Position numbers and translations under genes: made by a program. The notes under the pieces are model-generated. The model worked only from the letters and a program-made list of their open reading frames with translations, was not told the DNA's origin and ran no database searches. From Nitrospirota bacterium (GTDB lineage: Bacteria; Nitrospirota; UBA9217), in the NCBI GenBank assembly GCA_963663225.1, contig OY760142.1, positions 256,001 to 320,000 on the forward strand: 64,000 bases of DNA. Reading direction: 5' to 3'. Of this stretch, positions 21,690 to 33,000 are shown piece after piece (within the stretch, counting starts at the first letter, position 1; each line of letters starts with the position of its first letter).

Positions 21690-22160
21690 CTACGATCTCC
21701 CCCCGCAGCATGTCGCAAGTTCGGGCTTTAGCGCAGTCCCGGACAAGACCACATGCTCATAAAGGCTTTTCGGTCCCTGTTCACGGAAATCCAACTGTTC
21801 CGTTTCCAGTTCATCCAACATTTTCCGAATGTCTTCAAAATAAAATGGCTTCAGCAAAACCTTGATTTTCTGTGCTGCCAGCATCGCCTCCGTATCCTGA
21901 TCAGGCACTGTTCCGGTAAGAAGAACAAATTTTTTCGACAGATCGGCGCACAGTTCTTTCACGTGTTCATAAACGGACAGGCCATTGAAACCCGGAAGTT
22001 GAAGGTCACAAAAAAGCGTCCAATACTGGTTCATTTTTATTTTTTCAATGCCGGCCCGGCCGGAGTGCACGCAGTCAGAGTCATATCCCATTCGCGCGGT
22101 AAAAAGCCTGAGTATTTCTACAATATTCGGCTCATCATCTATAATGAGAATTTTTTTCAT
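21690..22160 (-). CDS. Single-domain response regulator
   Basis: IIDDE, FCDLQLPG, LLTG and KPF receiver motifs. Confidence 0.9.
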   Translation of the reverse strand: MKKILIIDDEPNIVEILRLFTARMGYDSDCVHSGRAGIEKIKMNQYWTLFCDLQLPGFNGLSVYEHVKELCADLSKKFVLLTGTVPDQDTEAMLAAQKIKVLLKPFYFEDIRKMLDELETEQLDFREQGPKSLYEHVVLSGTALKPELATCCGGRS

Positions 22161-22221
22161 ATCCTCTAACGTCCCGTCCGGGTGACTGTTTTATGACATC
22201 TATTATTATGAAATGATATTA

Positions 22222-22237
22222 TGCAGGAAATATGCCA
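22222..22237 (-). promoter_or_regulatory. Putative sigma54 promoter
   Basis: Minus strand reads TGGCATATTTCCTGCA with correct GG/GC spacing, about 60 bp upstream of the 22160 start. Confidence 0.6.
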
Positions 22238-22514
22238 TGGTATCGGCATACGAGAAAATCAAGAAAGTGCAAAGGATTATGAAAATCTATCTGGAATTTT
22301 CAGCGTGAGAGAAAAAAAGAAAAAGTGTTTTATATATTGTTTTATAATGGTTTTTTTGAGAAGATACAAAAGACCAACACTGCAACAACAAACTGACAGC
22401 AACCGTTTGAAGAAACGGAAAGATTCATCATCCACACGTCAATATTCTGACTATAGAGTATATTTTCGCTTAGCTGGAGACAGAAAATTTGAACTGAGAG
22501 AAACGGGAGGGGTG

Positions 22515-22898
22515 TCAGTTCAACTGCATTTCCAGTTCTTGAAAAACCTGCTTGATGCCGTCAAAATAAAACGGCTTCGGCAAAACCTTGATTTTTTCCT
22601 TCACAACACTTGACTCCGCATGGTCGTCAAGCACCGATCCGGTAAGCAGTACAAACTTCCCGCAAAGAACGGCATCCAGTTCCTTTATCTTATCATAAAG
22701 CATCAAACCGCTCATACCGGACATCTGAAAATCACAAAACACCGCCCAATAGCGGTTGTTTTTTAATCTTTCTATTGCGGACTCACCGGAATGCACGGCA
22801 TCGGATGCATACCCTAACTGTTGTGCAAAGAGACTAAGTATTTCGGTTATGTTAGGCTCATCATCAACAATAAGGATTTTTTTCATAATGTTACACAA
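22515..22898 (-). CDS. Single-domain response regulator, paralog of 21690-22160
   Basis: IVDDEPNI, FCDFQM, FVLLTG and KPFYF; true start is probably at MKKILIV. Confidence 0.9.
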   Translation of the reverse strand: MCNIMKKILIVDDEPNITEILSLFAQQLGYASDAVHSGESAIERLKNNRYWAVFCDFQMSGMSGLMLYDKIKELDAVLCGKFVLLTGSVLDDHAESSVVKEKIKVLPKPFYFDGIKQVFQELEMQLN

Positions 22899-23137
22899 TT
22901 ATATCATATGGATCCAAATAATAACAGGGGAAATTTTTCAGATCAGTTATATCAGGATGAAGAGAGAACCAGTGAGAAAATTTTTCCTCTTTCTGAATTT
23001 TTTTCTTACTACAGGCATCCGACCAAATATGCTTCCTGCATTTTCAGAAAATAATTGTGTATCATGCTCGGCAAAAAACAGTCTTTTTTCAAAGCATTCA
23101 CGAAAACCGTCATTCCTTATGCTGTTTAAAAACGAAA

Positions 23138-23153
23138 TGGCACAACGCTTGCT
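23138..23153 (+). promoter_or_regulatory. Sigma54 -24/-12 promoter of fliK-flgD-flgE
   Basis: TGGCACAACGCTTGCT, a near-perfect consensus match. Confidence 0.88.
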
Positions 23154-23167
23154 ATATTGCCAGGCAT

Positions 23168-24631
23168 ATGAACATGACAACTCAACATACCAGCCAAACG
23201 GGATCAGTGACAGCGGGCTCTCACTCCGCAGCATCATATTCCGGAAGGAAGGAAAGCGCAGCTGCAAAAACTGACTTCGATGCGCTTATCGATATGGCTA
23301 CATCCGCACCGAATGCGAAATCTGCATCGCATCCTTCCACCCCGGACAGTCCGGACAGCACTAATAAGGAAATTGCTCCGAAAACCAGTGATGCCACTAC
23401 GAACGATACAACTGAAGCAACGAATGCTCAACCGGCGCAGCAGCCGGCTCAGAATAACGATGCCGGCACTGCAGCATCTGCGGAATCTCAAACAGCGCAA
23501 CAATCGACCGTGCATGATGATCAAACTGTCAGCGATACAAGCGGATTGAATACAGAATCAACTCCGTCATCACCAGACATCGTTGCAGTTATGCTGCAGG
23601 CCTTCGGACAACTGACGGGCCAGAACAGCACGGAAGTTACTCCTTCCGCAGTTACCCCTTCTGCCGGAGAAGAGCGCAGTGATGCAGTGCAGCAAGTCCA
23701 GAACAGTACGCAATCTGCAGCCGTGAAACAGAGCCCGGAAAACAATACAGCAGTTTCCAGTACACAAAACACGGACGATGTCCAGCGCGACACAAAGAAT
23801 GTTTCTTCTGCAACAGAAGTTTCTACTGCATGGCCGCAGGAAAAAATTCAAGCTGTTGCACAGCAAAAATCCTCCCCCGAATCCGATAAACAGATGTCAG
23901 ACAAGAAAGAAGGGGTATTTGCTGCTTCTGCTTCTGCTTCTGCATCAGAATCAGAACAACAGATTGTGGACAATCACACAGCGCCCCTTTCCAAGAAACC
24001 CGCTCTTGCCGAAAAGAACATGAGCGTAACTGCATCTTCCGTCTCCGGAGAAGGCTCACTTCCGAACGAAACAAAAAGCAACCAGGACTCCACCCAAATT
24101 CCGAGCAACACTGTCGAGCAGCAGACAAAGACGGACATTTCTCATCTGGCAAACCAGGAAACAGCCGCACTTCAACAATCGGCGCAAAATACAAAAAATA
24201 CATCCGGCGAGGCAGCGCATTTTGAAAGCACCCTCTCCGCGATACGCACGCAAAACAATTTCGATCCGGCGGAAAATAAAACGACCATCATAAGCACCGG
24301 CAACCGGCTCGCGGTTTCCCTCGAACCGGAAGGTCTCGGGAAGCTCAACATCAATTTAAGCCTTGACCGGGGAATGGTCAATGCACAGATACAGGCAGCG
24401 GACCCCGCCGCAAAGAACCTTCTCGAAAACAACATGCAGCAGATCATGGATACCCTCATGCGGGAAGGATTGAATGTCGGAGGATTTTCCGTATCACTGA
24501 AACACGGCGGGACCGGCGATATGAACGGCCAGGGAACGAACGATTTTGCAAAACCATCCCGAGAAGAGAGCGCAAACATACCAAGCACATATCAAAATGA
24601 TCCGGTCGGCCGGATCAGTATGTTTGTGTAA
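23168..24631 (+). CDS. fliK: Flagellar hook-length control protein FliK
   Basis: Low-complexity S/T/Q/A-rich N-terminus; C-terminal LEPEGLGKLNI; precedes flgD. Start placed downstream of the sigma54 site. Confidence 0.9.
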   Translation: MNMTTQHTSQTGSVTAGSHSAASYSGRKESAAAKTDFDALIDMATSAPNAKSASHPSTPDSPDSTNKEIAPKTSDATTNDTTEATNAQPAQQPAQNNDAGTAASAESQTAQQSTVHDDQTVSDTSGLNTESTPSSPDIVAVMLQAFGQLTGQNSTEVTPSAVTPSAGEERSDAVQQVQNSTQSAAVKQSPENNTAVSSTQNTDDVQRDTKNVSSATEVSTAWPQEKIQAVAQQKSSPESDKQMSDKKEGVFAASASASASESEQQIVDNHTAPLSKKPALAEKNMSVTASSVSGEGSLPNETKSNQDSTQIPSNTVEQQTKTDISHLANQETAALQQSAQNTKNTSGEAAHFESTLSAIRTQNNFDPAENKTTIISTGNRLAVSLEPEGLGKLNINLSLDRGMVNAQIQAADPAAKNLLENNMQQIMDTLMREGLNVGGFSVSLKHGGTGDMNGQGTNDFAKPSREESANIPSTYQNDPVGRISMFV

Positions 24632-24642
24632 GAGGAGGCAGT

Positions 24643-25293
24643 ATGTCTATTTCAACAATTGCAAGCGGTACCACCAGCACGGACACAAGCACAACCACGC
24701 AAACCCTGGATAAAGAGGATTTTCTGAAGCTGTTCATCACCCAGCTCAAAAATCAAAATCCGCTCAGCCCCATGGACAGCACGGGGTTTACCTCGCAGCT
24801 GGCGCAATTCAGCTCCCTGGAGCAGCTCACGAACCTTAATAGCAGCATGAGCAGCCTCGTTCAGTATCAGAATTCCCTCCAGAACGTAATGGCGACGAGT
24901 CTTATCGGAAAGGATGTGGAAGCTGCCGGCAATCAAATCGTGCTCTCTGGAACTGCCGGACTCAACTTTACGCTCCCGAGCGCCACGGCAAAAACAACCC
25001 TTTCCATTTACAACTCAACCGGAACATGCGTACGGCAGGTCTCCCTGGGGGCCGAAAGCGCGGGTAACGTGAGTTATACCTGGGACGGGAAAAACAATAC
25101 AGGCGCCACACAGCCCGACGGTCAGTATACGTACACGGTCACTGCCACCGATGCGAAAGGAGCATCCGTGACCGCAACAACATTGATGTCCGGAACGGTC
25201 AGCGGCCTTGCTTTTGAAAGTGGCACTACCTATCTGGTGCTGAATAACGGCACAAAAGTTACCTTCAGCAATATTACTAAAATTGACGACTAA
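24643..25293 (+). CDS. flgD: Flagellar hook capping protein FlgD
   Basis: DFLKLFITQLKNQNPLSPMD, QLAQFSSLEQ and WDGKN..G...PDG.Y motifs. Confidence 0.97.
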   Translation: MSISTIASGTTSTDTSTTTQTLDKEDFLKLFITQLKNQNPLSPMDSTGFTSQLAQFSSLEQLTNLNSSMSSLVQYQNSLQNVMATSLIGKDVEAAGNQIVLSGTAGLNFTLPSATAKTTLSIYNSTGTCVRQVSLGAESAGNVSYTWDGKNNTGATQPDGQYTYTVTATDAKGASVTATTLMSGTVSGLAFESGTTYLVLNNGTKVTFSNITKIDD

Positions 25294-25311
25294 AGAAGGG
25301 GGTATCACAAT

Positions 25312-26592
25312 ATGTTGACCGCATTATATACAGCAGTAAGCGGAATGGACGCAAACGGCGAGTCGCTCTCGGTAATAGGCGACAATATCGCGAACCAGAA
25401 CACAATCGGTTTTAAGTCGAGCAACGTAGCATTCGGCGACATACTGAGTCAATCGCTCTCCGGTGGAGCCGGAAACTCACAGGTCGGACGCGGGGTGAGG
25501 ATGACCAGCGTGACCCCTCTCTTCAGCCAGGGATCGTTCCAAACCAGTGCCAACGGCCTTGATCTCGCCATAGACGGCAACGGATTCTTTATGGTGGCAA
25601 ATCCCAATACCACTGCACGGTCCTATACCCGGGCAGGCCAGTTTTCTCTCGACAGCGACGGGAACATCGTAAACCCGGAAGGGATGCTGCTTCAAGGTTA
25701 TCTTGCGGATACGGCCGGAAATATTTCCGGCACTCTCGGCAATCTGACGGTTGCGGCCGTGCAAAACCCGGCTGTTCAGACGGCCAACACCGATATGTTC
25801 GTCAATCTCAATGCCTCGGCCGGCACTTCTGCTGCGTGGACCTTTGCGGGCGGCACGACAACACCGCCGAGCGATACCCAGTATGAAAACTCTACAACGG
25901 TAACGGTGTATGATTCACAGGGCGGCGCGCATGCAGTGAATGTGTATCTCGCAAAAACAGCAAACAATGCGTGGACCGCGCACTACGTCTACACGGATTC
26001 CACGGGCGTTTACCGGGAGGCGGCGACGACACAGAACCTCACGTTCAATACCAGCGGCGCACTCACGGCCGACAACGATGCCGCAACTACATTTGTCTGG
26101 GGAGGCGGCGTTGCCAACGGCTCTATCACGTTTGATTACGGAGCAAGCATCGCGGAAGGCGGAACAGGACTGGACGGCACCACCCAATACAACTCCGCAT
26201 TCTCAGTCTTGAACATCGTTCAGGACGGCTACGCAGCAGGATCGCTTTCGACGATCGAGATCGGCCAGGACGGAGTCATTACCGGCGTGTTTACCAATGG
26301 CCAGACGAGGGCAGTCGGACAATTGGCGCTGGCAAAATTCATTGCTCCGACCCAGCTGACGAAACTCGGAGGCAACCTGTACGCCGAATCCAGTGGTTCC
26401 GGCCAGGCCATCGTGGGAACACCCGACACCTCCGGGCTCGGCTCAGTGAGTTCGAACAGTCTCGAACTCAGCAATGTGGATCTCGCTGCTGAGTTTGTTA
26501 AAATGATCGCGGCCCAGCGGGGATTCGAGGCCAATTCAAAGATGATCTCGACATCAGACTCGATCCTGCAGACACTGACGAACCTCAGGTAA
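25312..26592 (+). CDS. flgE: Flagellar hook protein FlgE
   Basis: IGDNIANQNTIGFK, YTRAGQF, YDSQG and LELSNVDLA.EF..MI.AQRGF motifs. Confidence 0.97.
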   Translation: MLTALYTAVSGMDANGESLSVIGDNIANQNTIGFKSSNVAFGDILSQSLSGGAGNSQVGRGVRMTSVTPLFSQGSFQTSANGLDLAIDGNGFFMVANPNTTARSYTRAGQFSLDSDGNIVNPEGMLLQGYLADTAGNISGTLGNLTVAAVQNPAVQTANTDMFVNLNASAGTSAAWTFAGGTTTPPSDTQYENSTTVTVYDSQGGAHAVNVYLAKTANNAWTAHYVYTDSTGVYREAATTQNLTFNTSGALTADNDAATTFVWGGGVANGSITFDYGASIAEGGTGLDGTTQYNSAFSVLNIVQDGYAAGSLSTIEIGQDGVITGVFTNGQTRAVGQLALAKFIAPTQLTKLGGNLYAESSGSGQAIVGTPDTSGLGSVSSNSLELSNVDLAAEFVKMIAAQRGFEANSKMISTSDSILQTLTNLR

Positions 26593-26643
26593 AACAGAAC
26601 ATCTGACTGCATAGTATTGATACGCCATAAGTACTCAATTCTC

Positions 26644-26686
26644 CGAGACAGGAGCGGATAACATACCGCTCCTGTCTCGCTTTTTT
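26644..26686 (+). terminator. Rho-independent terminator after flgE
   Basis: 14-bp stem CGAGACAGGAGCGG/CCGCTCCTGTCTCG followed by CTTTTTT. Confidence 0.9.
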
Positions 26687-26929
26687 ACCATCTGATACAA
26701 ACCAAAATAAATATAAATTTATTTTCTATATTCTATATGTAGAAAAATAGTATAAATGTGTCTATATATAGAAGAATTCACCTGCAATCCTCAAATTTCT
26801 TTTTATAGCTGTCAAGAATCTGACTTCGTTTCTCCTGCCCATTTCCTGGGGAAAAACTCATCCGTCAATAAAACCGAATATATTCAATTTGTTATAATTT
26901 TCAGCATGGAGCCAAGTACAAAAAAAACA

Positions 26930-26945
26930 TGGTATCTATATTGCA
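26930..26945 (+). promoter_or_regulatory. Putative sigma54 promoter of the giant modification genes
   Basis: TGGTATCTATATTGCA with correct GG/GC spacing; palindrome GTCAAGAATCTGAC lies upstream at 26811-26824. Confidence 0.65.
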
Positions 26946-27074
26946 TTTATTAATAATCAGTGTAGTAACAGATTGATTTTTGACACTATTTATTTGCCCA
27001 AATAGGCTCATAACTGGTTGTTAAACAAGTAAATATTTAATTCAGCTGATGAATGTATAAGCGGGAGGCTCCTC

Positions 27075-30000
27075 ATGAAGGCAGTACTCGGTTTAAAGCT
27101 GGACCCATGGCATGACACGGGTGCAGCAGTCGTTCTTGACGATGGATCACGATTGCGCGTCGTTGCCATCTCGCAGGAAAGACTGGATCGCATAAAACAT
27201 TCCAGGGCTTTTCCGGCGGAAGCCATCACGTATTGCCTCGAAACCGCCGGCTGCACGTTAAAAGATTTGAGCCTCGTGGTATCGGATTTCATTGTATCTC
27301 CCACCGTTGACGACCGGGCGACCTGGGTCGAACAACCGGCACCCGATGAAAAACAGAACTTCTTCCGTGAGATCAATAATCTCGGCATCCCCGCCGTTTT
27401 TGCGGAACACCACGTATGCCATGCCGCTTCCGCCTATTACGCCACGGATTGGGCCGACGCCGCCGCGCTGGTGATTGATGGACTCGGTTCGCACTATGAA
27501 ACACAGAGTATTTTCAACTGCAGCGGCAATGGCATTACGAAAGTAGCGACATCTCGGAAACCGGGCATCGGTTTGATGTATAACGCCGTTACCGAATTGT
27601 TGCTCGGTTTTGAGCATCTGCAGGAAGGCAAAACCATGGGGCTTGCCGGACACGCGAAAAACGGCGGCAAATGGGCTGAATATTTCCGCGGAAAAACGGA
27701 TGCCTACAACCCATGCCAGATCATCTATGATCAATTTGTGGAAAAAGAGCCTGCGTTGAAACTCACCGCCCCTGCTCATTTACCGAAAAGAAAACCGGCG
27801 GACGACCCTGTCTCCGGTCCATTTCCGCAATATGCGTATGCTGCGCAGTCCTCGCTGGAGTCCAGCGTGCTGCACATGGTCCGCGCCACCGCTCGCATGC
27901 TTCCTGCGAAACGTCTTTGCTATTCGGGCGGTGTCGCTCTCAATATTCCGGCAAACCGGATGATTCTGGACTCCGGTCTGTATGACGACCTCTTTATACA
28001 ACCGGCGGCTTCCGACTCGGGCATTCCGCTCGGGGCTGCGCTTTTGGGATATTACAGCATCCTGGGCGGTGCGAAACGGTGGAGCATGGAGCATGCATTC
28101 CTCGGCCGGAACTACGACTTAAAACAGACAGGAACAGCCTCAACAGCATGGCGGGGTCCCTCCGGCGAATACAGCACGCAGAACGTTGCGCGGCTGCTGG
28201 CCAATGATTATCTTGTCGCATGGGTGCAGGGGCCTTCCGAATACGGCCCGCGGGCGCTGGGGCACCGCAGCATTCTCTGTCTGCCCCGAGACCCGCAGAT
28301 GAAGGCATATCTCAACCGTGAAGTCAAGCATCGGGAAATGTTTCGCCCCTTTGCGCCGATAGTCCCCGTTGAGGAACAGGGAAACTTTTTTGATTTAAGT
28401 GTCCAGTCTCCGTTCATGCTGTTGAATGCAACCGTTCATCCGGATAAAGCAGCACTGATCCCGGCAATTGTGCATGCAGACGGCACTGCGCGGGTTCAGT
28501 CGATCCGCAGGAGCGAACAGCCGGAGCTCCACGCGCTGTTGCAGGAGATAGGTACGGCGACAGGCGTTCCGATACTTCTGAACACGTCGCTGAATCTCGC
28601 TGGCGAACCGATTGTCGAAACCCCCGCCGAAGCAATCGACCTTTTTAAGCGCTCCCGGCTTGATGCTCTCGTGCTGGGTCAACACCTGCTGACCAAGAAA
28701 CCGCTGCAGGAGCTGTTTTCCGCGAAAAACCCGGGGCTTGCCGCCATGCATGCATCGGCCTCAATAACGGCGACAACACCGAATATGGAAACATCAAGAG
28801 AGAATAAAGGACCGCAAGCGCAGCCGCAAAAAGATTCACCCGGCTTCAATATCCTTTTTTATGTAGACCCCCTGCTGGATGATCAAAAAGAGGCTTTTAT
28901 CCGCGGATGCCACTTTCTCAGCACGACTGTCATGAATGCGTTGAAAAACAATCCGCAAGTGCAATGGAACGCCCTTATTTTAGGAAGTGCCCCCGTCCGG
29001 GAGATGTTCGGCGAAGAGTACAGGGAGTGTTTCAGGGAAATCGATGAAAACCTGTTTCTTGATTATTATAAAGGCGCAGGCAGATATGAAGTACTGGCTA
29101 AATCCTTCCGGGGCGAGCACAAAAAAGAAGCCCTTGCTCATTTCGCCGGTCAACTCAAAACAATAATCGGCGATTTCAAACCCGATGTCATATTTTCTTC
29201 CGTCCCCGTCCCTTTTCTGAAGGTATTGTTTCCAAGTGCGTTGACAATATATGCGGAAGCCGGCCTGATGACAACATTTCCGATTTTTTATTCTCTTTTG
29301 TTCGACCCGGCCGGTTTATTGAGTAGTTCGTTCATTGAACAGTTTGCACCGTCGATCCTGGGATCGTCAATTTCCGATGCGCAGCGGACCACCTTGCAAC
29401 ATTTGAGACAAAAATTACGTGAGGTGCTGTCCCTGGACAATCCCTTTCAGGAAGAGCTTGCGGAGCTGAAGAAAAAATACAGAAAGCTCGTTCTCCTGTC
29501 GCTTCCGTTCATCATTGACCTGCACAACGATCCCGGAATCGAATCTCACACCGTTGAAGAGCTGCTGTTCTCAATTCTGGAGAAGATAGACAAGGATACG
29601 GGGGTGCTTATCAGCACGCATCCTCACGAAAAAATGATGAGTGCTGAGCTGGTCGACAAGGTTCAGGAAGCGTTTCCCAATGCAACGTATCTTGCAAAAA
29701 AGCATCACTATTTTACCTCAATCCATATTATTCCATCCGTCGATGCCGTCATCAATGTGTCCTCTAAAACCGCGCTGTGGTCGCTCCTGCTCGACAAGAA
29801 ACTGCTCAGTATCGGCAAGACGTTTTCCGCAGTATCCGACTGGGAGAGTATCGAGGATTTCAACGCGGACAGGAACGAACGATCCATCGACAAGGACCCT
29901 CTTCTGCTTTATCTGCTGACGCATTACTATGTTCCGGAAAAATATTACACCGACGGCGCCTGGATGACCGCGTTCATCCAAAAGTCGATTTGCAGAAACG

Positions 30001-33000
30001 TATCCGGAAACATCGGTCCTGACTTCTATGACGACATTGACGGCGACATGGCGATCCTTGAGGACCTTATCCGTCGCACCGAGGGGTACTTAGAAGACAG
30101 GAAAAAAACCGCCCTGGAGTTCACCGGCGAACGCTTCGTCCCGGAGCTGAGCGGCCAGATTGCCTACGAACATTTTCATCGGTATGCCTTCGCGTCGGAA
30201 TTTGCAAAGAACAAGCGCGTGCTCGACATCGCGTCCGGCGAAGGATACGGCTCCGCGCTGCTCGCGGCCGCTGCACGGGAGGTCGTGGGTGTCGACATAT
30301 CCAACCAGGCCGTCAACCACGCCCGGGAAAAATACAAGGGCGTCGGAAATCTTTCGTTCATCCAGGGTGAATGCAAAAAAGTCCCCTGCCCGGACGGATC
30401 ATTCGATGTCGTTGTTTCATTCGAGACACTGGAACATACGCGGGACCAGGCGGAATTTCTCTCCGAAATAAAGCGGGTACTCGTCAAGGACGGGATTCTC
30501 GTCATCTCGACTCCGAACAAAAAGATATACTCCGATGACAGAAATTACGATAACCCGTATCATGTGCTCGAACTGGACAAAGACGATTTTAATGTTTTGC
30601 TGAATTCCCATTTCACACGGACCAGCCTCTGGGGACAGCGCGTGGCTTTTTCATCGCATCTGTGGCCGATGGATTCTTCGAAGACGTTACCGTTCAGGCA
30701 TTACCGTCGGCCTGGCGAGGGGAAATATTCTTCCGGAAACGAGCCTCCGTTCGATCCGGAGTATTATATTGCCGTCTGTTCGGACAGCACGGCGGTGCCA
30801 GACAATTACATCTCTCTGTACACTGGCGAAAAGAACGAGCTGTTCGCGGAATATGCAAATCGCGAAACGTGGGCAAGGGCGCTGGAAAAAGAGGTCGCGG
30901 CGAAGAATGACATAATTAGTAATCTGCGGCAGCAAATCAACCAGTTTCAAAAAGACGGGGATGGGACCCAAATTGAAGAAGAAAAAACCGCTCCTGAAAG
31001 CACAGAGACCGGAGCTGCTGCAGTAAATGATGATTCGGAGTCGGAGTATGTCTTCGCGCAAACGCTGGTTCAGAACGGCCGCATTGATGAAGCCCTCGCG
31101 GCACTTAATCATATCGTGCAAAATCATCCGGACCATGCAGACGCTCATGCCGCACTCGGCGCCCTCTATGCCCGGAGACAGGACAAGGTGCGCGCTCTCA
31201 TGCACTATGAACGCGCCGTAACGCTCGCTCCGCAAAATACGGGAGCGCTCAGGGCGCTCGCGGACCTTTATTACGTCGATATGGGACGGACCGAAGATGC
31301 CCAGATTCTGTACTGCAGATGCATCGCACAGCAACCGGATGACTGTGAAATACTCCAGATTCTCGCCAATATTTGTGTTTCCCAGAAACAATTCAACGCC
31401 GCACGGACGGTATTTGCGGCCATGCAGCGGCTTGCACCGGAAAACAACGATGCGAAAAACGCAATAGCCGCCATAGACAGGTATCAGAGCAGCGTTGTCG
31501 CCACGTCATCGCCTGAGTTCCTGCACAAGGAATCCGGCATTCTCGCACAAGCGGGTCTTTACCGCGAAGCAATCAGCCTGCTGGAACGTCTGATCGGGAT
31601 GCATCCGGAATTTGTTCTGGCATACAACGATCTCGGGGTTCTGTACGGCAACAGCGGCGACTTTCCGAAAGCCCAGCAGCACTATCAAGAGGCCTTGAAA
31701 CTCGAACCGGAAAATATCATGATCCAGAAAAACCTTGCGGACCTGTTGCTTGTGGGGTTCGGCAATGCCGAAGAGGCGGTAAAGCTGTACTCGGCGATAT
31801 TGCAGCATGTTCCGGACGATCAGGAAGCACTCCTTGCTCTGCGCCAGGCACGCGCCGAACGCGACGATTCAGAGCAGGCGATCACTGACGATTTTTCGGT
31901 CACCTTAGTGCAATGTCCGGCCTGGGGCAGAGAAACGCCGCCGGTCGCGATATCTCTTCTTGCAGGAAATCTCAGAAGCAAAGGCTACAGAGTGCACCTG
32001 TTCGATTTAAACAATGAATTATACCATCAGGTCGCTCCGAAACATAAGATGTACTGGGACCAGGAGCAATATTCCTTCTGGTCCTCACCAGTCGAGGTAA
32101 AAAATCTGATCAAGCAATATCAATCCGTTATCGAAAACATGGTTGACCGGATTGTCGAGAAAAAAAGCAGGCTCATCGGCTTCAGCATTGTATTTACAGC
32201 GTTGCACTTCACACTGGAGATCGCCGAACGGGTCAAAAAACGGCTTCCGGACAGCATTATCGTCCTGGGTGGACCTTCAACAGCAGAGTATGCCGACGGG
32301 CTCAAACATCTGGACAACCCGTTTGTGGACGCGCTCGTCCTGCGCGAAGGCGACATAACCCTGCCGGAACTGTGCAAAAATCTGAAGGAAACCGGCAGGC
32401 TGCTGCGCATTCCGGGGCTTGTCTTCAAAGAGAACGGCTCAATCATAAACGGCGGCCTGCGGGACCCGGCCCCTTCCCTCGACGACATTCCGTACGCTGA
32501 TTACTCGGATTTTGATCTCAGCACCTATACGCATCCCAATCGTCTGGACATGTTTTCAAGCAGAAGCTGCGTGAACCAATGCCACTACTGCGACGAGCGG
32601 AAATATCTTCAGCGCTATCGCTTCCGGTCAGGCAAAAGCCTGTTCGAGGAAGTGCGCTATAACCTGCAGAAATTTCCGGGGATCACGTATATCAATTTCT
32701 GCGACTCTGTTGTGAACGGCTCGCTGAAGGAATTAAGCGAGTTCGCCCGTTTGCTGGTCGAAAACAGCGTGCATATCACCTGGTCGGGCCAGAGCGTCGT
32801 CCGCAAAGACATGACCCCCGACTTGCTGAAACTTTTGGCAAAATCCGGCTGCACCTATTTAAGCTACGGAGTAGAGACAGGCTCCGATGCCGTTCTGAAA
32901 TCAATGAACAAGAAACTGGCTTCACGCGAAGCGGCGGAGAACAACCTGCGCGACACGCACAATGCCGGCATTAAAGCATATGCGAATTTTATGTTCGGCT

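Noticed and set aside
23057-23167. ORF-track start of fliK
   Set aside because: It lies upstream of and across the sigma54 promoter, so a later ATG is more plausible.
23921-23944. Short GCTTCT tandem repeat in fliK
   Set aside because: Only about three in-frame units encoding ASASAS in a low-complexity region; not a convincing contingency locus.
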